Shown here: positions 36,126 to 43,328 of the stretch, piece by piece
How the letters are laid out: every line of letters starts with the position of its first letter
Position numbering within the stretch: the first letter of the stretch is position 1
Assembly: GCA_003518105.1 (NCBI GenBank)
Contig: DOZH01000005.1
Location: forward strand, 40,513 to 104,512
Direction of reading: 5' to 3'
Source of the DNA: Candidatus Uhrbacteria bacterium
GTDB taxonomy: Bacteria > Patescibacteriota > Patescibacteriia > UBA9934
DNA: 64,000 nt
Program-made: the position numbers and the translations under genes
Notes under the pieces: model-generated
Databases searched by the model: none
What the model saw: only the letters and a program-made list of their open reading frames with translations
Told to the model about the DNA's origin: nothing

Positions 36126-37646
36126 TTACGCAAAAGCACACTGCCAAGCCTCAATCGTCTGCACATCGGACGACTCCTTCACCCACCGGATCATGCCCTC
36201 CTCGATCTTACGAGCAGTCATGTCGTTGGTGTTGTGGTGGGTGCTGAACAGGTTGTAGCCTGCCCAGTCGTCCGGGTGGACGATGTTGTGGCCGTTGCGT
36301 TCGAACCACCTGGTGCCGGGCAGCATGGTGGCGGACAATGGCAGCGCCGTGTCGAGGTACCCGTCCACAATCAACTTCCTGGAAGCAGCCATGTCTTCCG
36401 CGAACGTCTCGTGTGTCTGGTCTGGCGTACCGACCATGATGCTCGTCAACACGTACACTTTCGCCGAGCGCAGCTTTTTCAGGTTCTCCTTGCTGTTCTC
36501 GTACTTCGTGGTCATCGACCCTGCTGAGCTCTGCTTCTCGTTTCCCTGCCGCGGATTAAACGGCACATACAGTGAGAAACACTTGCCCGGCCTACCGTCG
36601 TTGTACGCCATGATAGCCGCAGTGACCTCATCCGACAGGCTCTCGAACTCGACGCCTCCGTTGTCGGACCACGAAAGTCCCCGCTGCTTCATCTCCCCGA
36701 GCAAGGGAATGAAGAACTCCTTCGGGCGGGAGAGAATCGCGTCGTCTTGCAGCACGATCTCCTGGTAGCCGCAGGCCACAAAGTGGTCGAGCTGCTGCCG
36801 GATCTTGTCCCAACCTGACTGCGTGACTTTCTGTTCCGGACGCCCGGCAAAGCAGAATTCGCAATGACGGTAGCACCCACGGCTGGCCATCCAGTCAATC
36901 GACTTCAACCCCGAGGGGAAGTTGTGCGTCGGCGGGGTGGAGTAGCCAGCGTCGGCCAAGAGGTCGCAGTTCATGACCGGGTACGCCTCCATCTTCTGGA
37001 AGCCCCCTGGCACGATCTTGTCCTTCAGTCGACCGGCCATCATGGCCTCAATGGTCGTGATTGCATCTCCCTCTGCCACGTGGTCGACCCACGGGTTGTC
37101 CCGCACGAATTTCACGGGATCGGCCGTGATGTGCTGACCGCCCATGACAACGCGGACGTGCGGCAATTCCCGCTTGATCCGCGCGCCGAGCGAGGTCGCA
37201 GCCAAGTAGTTGGCGGACGCCGCGAGCGGAATACCCACGGCCTCGATGTGGTGCCGGCGCAGGTACTCAATCGTCTCCTCCTCGGGGATGCCGATCCGCG
37301 CGATGATGCGCTGCACGCTGCCATCTTCCCTGAACGCCGAGTACTTCTTGATGAAGTCAGTCGACGACAGCTTGTGGAAGTCGTACATCTTCTCCTCATG
37401 CACTTCCCCCCACGTCCGGTTGAGGGCTTCCTCGTGGATGCCGCGCTGACCTGGCCACAGCGTGCGAACGCAGAGCTCACGCCGTTGCCAGCCACCGTTG
37501 TGGACGGACTCGTCCAGGAAGTGGACCTTCCAGCCCTTATTGAAAAGTAGCGAGGCCATCAAGGCCGGACCAATCTGCACTCCGCCACGGGGCGGCTCAT
37601 GGATGGCATCGACCTGGCGCAGGGGAGAAACGAATGCGACGTTCAT
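36126..37646 (-). CDS. B12-binding-domain radical SAM enzyme (GC-rich cargo 5)
   Basis: 506 aa. N-terminal cobalamin-binding-type region, then ASRGCYRHCEFCFAG (CxxxCxxC). Several overlapping ORFs are GC artefacts. Confidence 0.75.
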   Translation of the reverse strand: MNVAFVSPLRQVDAIHEPPRGGVQIGPALMASLLFNKGWKVHFLDESVHNGGWQRRELCVRTLWPGQRGIHEEALNRTWGEVHEEKMYDFHKLSSTDFIKKYSAFREDGSVQRIIARIGIPEEETIEYLRRHHIEAVGIPLAASANYLAATSLGARIKRELPHVRVVMGGQHITADPVKFVRDNPWVDHVAEGDAITTIEAMMAGRLKDKIVPGGFQKMEAYPVMNCDLLADAGYSTPPTHNFPSGLKSIDWMASRGCYRHCEFCFAGRPEQKVTQSGWDKIRQQLDHFVACGYQEIVLQDDAILSRPKEFFIPLLGEMKQRGLSWSDNGGVEFESLSDEVTAAIMAYNDGRPGKCFSLYVPFNPRQGNEKQSSAGSMTTKYENSKENLKKLRSAKVYVLTSIMVGTPDQTHETFAEDMAASRKLIVDGYLDTALPLSATMLPGTRWFERNGHNIVHPDDWAGYNLFSTHHNTNDMTARKIEEGMIRWVKESSDVQTIEAWQCAFA

Positions 37647-37679
37647 TGTGAACTCCGTAGTTTGGTTGCTGTCGTTGTT

Positions 37680-37758
37680 GTTTCAGTGTCGATCCGCCGA
37701 ACCGTTCGGCGTCTCGATGCTGGGCGCGAGAAGAGACGAGTGCTGTCTCGACTCACGC
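37680..37758 (-). promoter_or_regulatory. Intercistronic double-hairpin element, copy 6 (minus strand)
   Basis: Minus-strand reading: GCGTGAG-TC-GAGAC-agcact-GTCTC-T-TCTCGCGC, then CGCCGAA-cgg-TTCGGCG (compensated relative to CGTCGAA/TTCGACG), then ...ACGGAGTTCACAATG. Confidence 0.65.
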
Positions 37759-37769
37759 CAGGAAAGTTG

Positions 37770-37988
37770 TTACAGATCTCGCATGAGTTCTTCGGCCAGT
37801 TTTTTACGAAAGGCTGAAACTTCGGACTTAAACCCCCATCTACTAGAGGTCCAACTATACGTCACTCCGTGCCGAAAAAAATCACTGGGGTAGAACGGCA
37901 CGACCTCCTCAGGCAGGCTTCCCAGACTGCGTTTGGGAATAATTGTTTGTTGACCGTCATGGTGATTAATTGTCCTGAACAGCAACAC
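37770..37988 (-). CDS. Hypothetical ORF, probably the true C-terminal part of the upstream gene (frameshifted)
   Basis: The -1 frame relative to 37862..38263 reads protein-like (IIPKRSLGSLPEEVVPFYPSDFFRHGVTYSW...KKLAEELMRDL). It stops 11 nt before the conserved element, as in sister operons. Confidence 0.4.
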   Translation of the reverse strand: MLLFRTINHHDGQQTIIPKRSLGSLPEEVVPFYPSDFFRHGVTYSWTSSRWGFKSEVSAFRKKLAEELMRDL

Positions 37989-38263
37989 CGCCCAATCTCG
38001 CCATTTTCTTCAACCATGACATCCCACCACAGAGCTGGCATCTCACCGAACCTGAGTTCGATCTTCTTTTCTCCTACATCGAGGTATCGCCAGGGATACC
38101 CGCTGTTGTCCCACATGCCCTTTGAGGGTATTTCGGTGATCAGTCCATCAGGCAGCTCCTGCGTTTTAAGTTCATCCTTATATCGGTCTGCGATATCGTT
38201 GGCAGTCTTGATCACATTGTTTGAGTAGCCACTATTGCTGCTACATTCATGAATCGTTGCCAT
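37862..38263 (-). CDS. Hypothetical protein, first gene of cargo operon 5 (3' part doubtful)
   Basis: AGGAGGCCACCATG start context. After about residue 92 the translation turns Cys/Arg-rich (GRCCCSGQ...CLRRSCRS), while the -1 frame looks more natural. Confidence 0.45.
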   Translation of the reverse strand: MATIHECSSNSGYSNNVIKTANDIADRYKDELKTQELPDGLITEIPSKGMWDNSGYPWRYLDVGEKKIELRFGEMPALWWDVMVEENGEIGRCCCSGQLITMTVNKQLFPNAVWEACLRRSCRSTPVIFFGTE

Positions 38264-38334
38264 GGTGGCCTCCTGAGTCTTTGTGTAACTTGTCGAACCG
38301 GGCCAATCCCTGCTCGACTAAATACAATACCATT

Positions 38335-38363
38335 TTTTACCTCTTTCGTCAACTAATATGTGC
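38335..38363 (-). promoter_or_regulatory. sigma70-like promoter of cargo operon 5
   Basis: Minus-strand reading: TTGACG, 17-nt spacer, TATTGT. Confidence 0.4.
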
Positions 38364-38423
38364 ATAACTCCCAACAAAACTCAAATAATCAACAAACAAA
38401 GCATTATCTGCTGATAAAAATAA

Positions 38424-39239
38424 TTGACAACATGGTCATTTTTGGCTAAGATGACTTATATGACCAATCCCAAAGAACTCTTAAGCTACTTCTCCGTCAC
38501 GCCCGACGAAGCCGATATTTACTTAGCTTTGCTTAAACTCGGCACCGCCGCCGTGTCAGAAATTGCCAGTAAAATTAAAAAAAACCGCACCGCCACGCAC
38601 TTTCACCTCAAAAAACTCCTAGCTAAAGAGTTAGTTATCGAATCCAATCACGGCCGCACTCTACTCTACACCGCCATTCCACCAGCCGATCTTGCCGCTC
38701 GTTTCGACCGCTTAACTACAGACTTTAAGAGCCTCGTCCCCCAGCTCGAAGCCCTCCAAACCATCGAAGTCGACGCCCCCCGCGTCCAAGTTAGCGAATC
38801 GCGGGCCGGCTACTTCAAAGTTTATGATGAAATCTCTTCTCTCCCTGAAGGTTCAACTTTCTACGTCATCGAAGGAGCGACAGCATTAAATAGCGAGCTG
38901 ACTCTCTTAAGCAACACCGAAACTACTAACTTCTTCTCCAAAATCATCGCCCGCAAAATAGCCACTAAACTCATCCTCACTGCTGAAGCCACCCAAATCC
39001 CCAACACCCTCATCTCGCCCACCAACCTCGTCTTACTCCACCAGCGCGAAATGAGTGTCCGCACCTATCCAGAATCAGCCCTACCCTTCCAGGGCCTCAC
39101 TATTATGTACGGCAGCACCCTCGCCTACCTCTTCCCGCAAACCAACTTGGTCGTCACCATCAAACACGCCGGCATCGCCGACTCTTTTAAGGCTACTTTC
39201 GACACTCTCTTCACCCTCGGCCAGGAATATAAGTTCTAA
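38424..39239 (+). CDS. TrmB-family HTH transcriptional regulator (paralog 5)
   Basis: VTPDEADIYLALLKLGTAAVSEIASKIKKNRTATHFHLKKLLAKELV. Likely start at 38451 or 38460. Confidence 0.7.
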   Translation: MTTWSFLAKMTYMTNPKELLSYFSVTPDEADIYLALLKLGTAAVSEIASKIKKNRTATHFHLKKLLAKELVIESNHGRTLLYTAIPPADLAARFDRLTTDFKSLVPQLEALQTIEVDAPRVQVSESRAGYFKVYDEISSLPEGSTFYVIEGATALNSELTLLSNTETTNFFSKIIARKIATKLILTAEATQIPNTLISPTNLVLLHQREMSVRTYPESALPFQGLTIMYGSTLAYLFPQTNLVVTIKHAGIADSFKATFDTLFTLGQEYKF

Positions 39240-39263
39240 TTTTATTAATGCTTAAAAGAAGAA

Positions 39264-39299
39264 GCCCCGATCCACGCTGTGCAAGCGTAGAATCGGGGC
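39264..39299. terminator. Bidirectional hairpin between regulator 5 and radical SAM 2
   Basis: GCCCCGAT-ccacgctgtgcaagcgtaga-ATCGGGGC, flanked by A/T runs. Confidence 0.5.
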
Positions 39300-39371
39300 A
39301 ACGTTAGGGTTGGTGCACTCTTGGTCCCGCGAACCCTATCATCGCGGGAGAGGTTGGAAACTGGCATCTGC

Positions 39372-40385
39372 CTACAGATCATCACGCCCAGGGCGGTACA
39401 TCTGCAAGTATGCCTTCGTTTCCTCCGGCGACACGAATTGGCGGTGGCTGGTGTCCCTCGCATTATTGTGCGTGTCCATCGACCCGTCCGGCTTCATGTA
39501 GCCGTACGTTGCTTCGGTCTCAGACTCGTTCCCAATCGCGAGGTCGCCGAGCATGACTCGGATCCCGCTCTCGCAGTGTTTGAACTCGAACGTCCGCCCT
39601 TGGGCGTTGTGACGTGCAAATTCCGACACAAACGTGAAAGCGTTGCTCTTCATCACGTCGGCCACCAGCTCGTCGAACTGGGCTCGGTGGTCATCTGTCC
39701 ACTTCATGACTTCCTGACTGCCAGGTGTGGTCTGCTCATTTCTAATTGGCAGACTAAACATGTCACTGAAGTAACAGATCCCGACGCCGAGACGGGCGGC
39801 CCAGCTGACAAACTCCTCGACCTGTTGCACAGAATCGATGAACCCGTCAGCCAACACCGTCCGCGTCATCACCCGCATGCCCTTACGGACAATCGCGGGG
39901 ATTAACGTCTCGAAGTCTACATCGGCCATCGCGGGACCACTGATCACCTCCTTCTGCTCGCGCGTCAGGCCGTGTACGGAGAGGTTGATATCCTTGAGCC
40001 CCATCTCAGCCAGCCGGTCAAGGAACGTCTGCCCGCCGCAGCCCATGATCGGCCGAAGAAGTTTAACGGCGTTCGTGTACACCGCCAGGAGCTCCAGCTC
40101 CACCCCGCGCGCCTCGGTCCGCTCCCGCACGATCCGCAGCGATCCGAACAACTTCCCGGGCGCGTCGGTGGGCTCCCCACCCCCGGTCAAGATGACCTTG
40201 CGGCCACCGTTCTCGAGGTAGATGTCGAGGTTGTCCTCGAACCGCTGCAGGAAAGCCTCTTGTCCCGCCTCGATAACGACCGGCCGAATGGTCGGGCTGC
40301 AGAACGTGCAGCGCCCGTCGCTGCAGAGGTTCGTGAGCTCGACCTTCATTTCTGTCCCTGAAAAGCTAATAGGCTTGCAGTCCAT
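39372..40385 (-). CDS. Radical SAM-like enzyme with a CX4CX2C cluster motif (GC-rich cargo 6)
   Basis: VELTNLCSDGRCTFCS near the N-terminus, then ILTGGGEPT (GGE-type SAM motif). AGGAGGTCACCATG start context. Confidence 0.65.
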   Translation of the reverse strand: MDCKPISFSGTEMKVELTNLCSDGRCTFCSPTIRPVVIEAGQEAFLQRFEDNLDIYLENGGRKVILTGGGEPTDAPGKLFGSLRIVRERTEARGVELELLAVYTNAVKLLRPIMGCGGQTFLDRLAEMGLKDINLSVHGLTREQKEVISGPAMADVDFETLIPAIVRKGMRVMTRTVLADGFIDSVQQVEEFVSWAARLGVGICYFSDMFSLPIRNEQTTPGSQEVMKWTDDHRAQFDELVADVMKSNAFTFVSEFARHNAQGRTFEFKHCESGIRVMLGDLAIGNESETEATYGYMKPDGSMDTHNNARDTSHRQFVSPEETKAYLQMYRPGRDDL

Positions 40386-40570
40386 GGTGACCTCCTAGGT
40401 CGGTTATTTGTTGTGTAACTCGGGCCCGGTTGCTATCCCCAGGCTGTAACCATAATATCCTAAAAGCGGACTTTTGTCCAGAAAAAAGACACTAAATTAT
40501 AGTAAATTACCAAATAGCTTGTGTTAGTTAGCTAATATGCTACACTACTGTTGTCTAAATAACGGACAGT

Positions 40571-41308
40571 ATGAATACAATCACCTCTCTCACTCGTTTG
40601 GGCCTCTCCACCAACGAGGCTAAAATCTACGTTTGCCTCCTAAAAATCCTGGAAGGTACCGTCTTCGAAATCGCTAAACACTCCGGTATTCCTCGCACGA
40701 CCACTTATACCACCCTCGAATCTCTCAAAGTTCAGGGCCTAGTTACTGCTTTTCGCAAAAATAACGTGCAGTATTTTACACCCGAGAATCCCAAGCAAAT
40801 CCTCACTATACTTCAACACAAACAAGAAATCATCAATGAAATTCTCCCGTCTTTACAGGCCTTATCCCTCGGCACAGACGTTCAGCCATCCGTCAAAATG
40901 TTCACTGGTACACAGGGCATGAAGCTGGCTTTTGAGGACATCCTGGATACTCTTGAGCAAACAGACCAGCGCATTCTTTATGCTGCCGCTTTTCCTGATG
41001 TTATGGATGCTTTGCCTAGGTATTATCACTCTTGGGTTAAGCGTCGTGAAGAGCTTGGCGTAACCACAAAAATGATTCTGCCGGAGTCATCGCGCGAACG
41101 CCGGGCTTTCTACGAAGGGCATAATCGCCAAGTAAAGTTCATGCCCGAGCCGTATCTCTTTGAATGCGCCATGGACATTTACGGCCATAAAATCGTCTTC
41201 TTTGCTCTCCGCGAAGGTACCACCTACTCCATCATTCTCGAATCTCCCACTATCGCCGCCGCCTTTCTCAAATTCTTCCTCTTTGCCTTTGACCACCTCC
41301 CAGAATAG
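40571..41308 (+). CDS. TrmB-family HTH transcriptional regulator (paralog 6)
   Basis: LTRLGLSTNEAKIYVCLLKILEGTVFEIAKHSGIPRTTTYTTLESLKVQGLV. Confidence 0.75.
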   Translation: MNTITSLTRLGLSTNEAKIYVCLLKILEGTVFEIAKHSGIPRTTTYTTLESLKVQGLVTAFRKNNVQYFTPENPKQILTILQHKQEIINEILPSLQALSLGTDVQPSVKMFTGTQGMKLAFEDILDTLEQTDQRILYAAAFPDVMDALPRYYHSWVKRREELGVTTKMILPESSRERRAFYEGHNRQVKFMPEPYLFECAMDIYGHKIVFFALREGTTYSIILESPTIAAAFLKFFLFAFDHLPE

Positions 41309-41342
41309 CAAAAACCCTCGAAATAAATCGAGGGTCTCCTGC

Positions 41343-41418
41343 TGGGGTGCCTAGAGGGAATCGGACCCTCGTAGCCGGGACCACAACCCGGTGCACTAAC
41401 CACTGTGCTATAGGCACC
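41343..41418 (-). tRNA. tRNA-His (GTG)
   Basis: Hand-folded cloverleaf. G-1 encoded, acceptor GTGCCTA/TAGGCAC, anticodon arm CCGGG-TTGTGGT-CCCGG, T arm GAGGG-TCCGATT-CCCTC, CCA encoded. Confidence 0.9.
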
Positions 41419-41527
41419 ATGCTCGTTTGCGGGAAAATAATAACCGAAAACCATTAAATTAGCAAGCCAGAGGCACCTATTTACTAATAACAAAAACCAC
41501 CGTATCACTCCGATACGGTGTTTTCTC

Positions 41528-41601
41528 TGTTCCAGGATGGAATCGAACCATCGACCTTGGGCTTAGAAGTCCCCTGCTCTATCCAACTGAGCTACTGGAA
41601 C
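41528..41601 (-). tRNA. tRNA-Arg (TCT)
   Basis: Acceptor GTTCCAG/CTGGAAC, D arm GCTC-AGTTGGATA-GAGC, anticodon loop CTTCTAA, T arm GATGG-TTCGATT-CCATC. The anticodon stem has two mismatches. A hairpin plus T-run follows. Confidence 0.8.
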
Positions 41602-41730
41602 ACGCACTTCGAACGCCAGAAATATAGCCGTTTTTGTCGCAAATAGCAAACCTCCGGGCCAAAATTAATTGACTTATCACCTAACCTAAGGCATATTCTG
41701 GCAGCTCAACCCCACACCCAGGAACCTACC

Positions 41731-42648
41731 ATGCACCTTCACGGCCTCCACCTCCTGTTCCTCATCGACCTCGTGCGCAATTCCAGGCAGAACCGCATGC
41801 TCTTGAATCAGCACAACGTCGACCCCAGCCACCGCCCCAACCTGGACGAAGTCACCTACTTCGCCGTCGATCACGATGGCAACACCATCTTCTCCACCAC
41901 CCACACCGCCTTCCCCACGGTGAACCACTACGTCGAGCGTTGCTACGCGGCCTTCCTCACCGTCCACAACGGCTCACGCTACTACCTGTCCATTCAGCAG
42001 GACGACGGCGAGACGTTACATCACCGAGTTGCCGTCCTCGAGGCCGCCTTGTACCACGCTTGGTTGCCGGATCCCGGTGCCCACGTTGCTACCACGGCGT
42101 TGGTCGACACTACCTTCACGACCGTCGGCGTCCTTTACGTCACGGACATGAACGGCGTCATGACGCACCGCTACCAGATTGAGGGCGGATTCGCCGCCTT
42201 CTTAGCTGGTCACGACAAGCTGACCGTGCAACACCAGGGTTACGTCGGCCTCGTCGGCATCGACAGCTTCATCCGGCGCATTGTCACCGGGCAGGCACCT
42301 CTGTCGCTTGGCAAGCGTCGCCGGCTCGAGTCTGGCAGGCGCTTGACCTGCGGCGACATCAGCCTCGCTGAACCCGTGCTCACCACCTTCAGCGTGGACG
42401 ACCACGAGCTCGAGGTGCCGCGGGTTGACGAGTCGGGTCAGCAATCGGGCGGTCTGGTACTGCTCCGCCGCGATCCTGATCACGACCAAGGCAGCGTTCG
42501 CTATGTGCCGCCGCCGGCCAGTCTCCCGTTGCCACCAGTCAGCAATACGCCGGGCCCGCTCGATGCGACGGATCAGCCCTTGCCGCACCCCGACCGTACC
42601 TACCTGAACGCCTGTACTCCAAATCTCACCGCGCGCACCTTCGGCTAG
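41731..42648 (+). CDS. Hypothetical protein (GC-rich orphan)
   Basis: 305-aa ORF, no recognisable motif. The opposite-strand ORFs here look like GC artefacts. Confidence 0.5.
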   Translation: MHLHGLHLLFLIDLVRNSRQNRMLLNQHNVDPSHRPNLDEVTYFAVDHDGNTIFSTTHTAFPTVNHYVERCYAAFLTVHNGSRYYLSIQQDDGETLHHRVAVLEAALYHAWLPDPGAHVATTALVDTTFTTVGVLYVTDMNGVMTHRYQIEGGFAAFLAGHDKLTVQHQGYVGLVGIDSFIRRIVTGQAPLSLGKRRRLESGRRLTCGDISLAEPVLTTFSVDDHELEVPRVDESGQQSGGLVLLRRDPDHDQGSVRYVPPPASLPLPPVSNTPGPLDATDQPLPHPDRTYLNACTPNLTARTFG

Positions 42649-42790
42649 CCCGTCTTCTGCTCCTCTCCGACGTCTGTCGGGAAGGGGCTTTTCTTTTACG
42701 CCCCAACCCTAGCCTTTTTCTAGCCTATAGTGTAAGCTCTGCCCGACTCAGATCTCCTGAGTTTTCAACCCCTAGCCACAAAGTGACACC

Positions 42791-43231
42791 ATGCCCACCC
42801 ACTCCAGTCCTCTCCCTCTCGATGAAAATCCGGACGACATGCTCGCCCCGAACGGCGACGACACCGAGTTCGACGGCGATGCCGAGGATGAAGACTCCGA
42901 CATTGTCACCCTCATGGACGCGGACGGCAACGATCAGGACTTCCGCTTCCTCGGCGTCATCAGCTTGGAGGGCGACCCCGATGCAGGCCAGTTCGCAGCC
43001 CTCACCCCGGCTGAGGAAGACGAGGACCCCGACGCCCCCACCGAAGTCTTCCTCTTCCACTACGAGGCGGACGAAGACGGCGGCGAGTCCTTCGCCCCCA
43101 TCGACGACGAAGACCTCTTCGCCCGCGTCCAGATCGCCGCCGAGGCACACTTCGCAGCGCTGGATGACGACCCCGAGGTCGACGCCCTCGCTGAACAGAC
43201 CGAGCTCGCCTCCATCGACGACGAGGACTAG
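42791..43231 (+). CDS. Highly acidic DUF1292-like protein
   Basis: IVTLMDADGNDQDFRFLGVISLEG...EVFLFHYEADEDGGESFAPIDDEDLFARV resembles the DUF1292 pattern. Very Asp/Glu-rich. Confidence 0.55.
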   Translation: MPTHSSPLPLDENPDDMLAPNGDDTEFDGDAEDEDSDIVTLMDADGNDQDFRFLGVISLEGDPDAGQFAALTPAEEDEDPDAPTEVFLFHYEADEDGGESFAPIDDEDLFARVQIAAEAHFAALDDDPEVDALAEQTELASIDDED

Positions 43232-43259
43232 TCCACCCGATCCCCTCGCGGGTCACCCT

Positions 43260-43300
43260 GCGCCAGTCCGAGACTCTCGGGCTGGCGCTCTTCTTTTTTA
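43260..43300 (+). terminator. Intrinsic terminator
   Basis: GCGCCAGTCCGAG-act-CTCGGGCTGGCGC followed by TCTTCTTTTTT. Confidence 0.65.
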
Positions 43301-43328
43301 CTACTTTGGCCTGTACACTTAAGCCATT

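Noticed and set aside
39245-39367. 41-codon ORF (MPVSNLSRDDRVRGTKSAPTLTLPRFYACTAWIGASSFKH) starting 5 nt after the radical SAM stop, as a possible RiPP precursor.
   Set aside because: No Shine-Dalgarno. The ORF is built almost entirely from two terminator-type hairpins (CCCGCGA/TCGCGGG and GCCCCGAT/ATCGGGGC). It is more simply the 3' UTR or terminator region.
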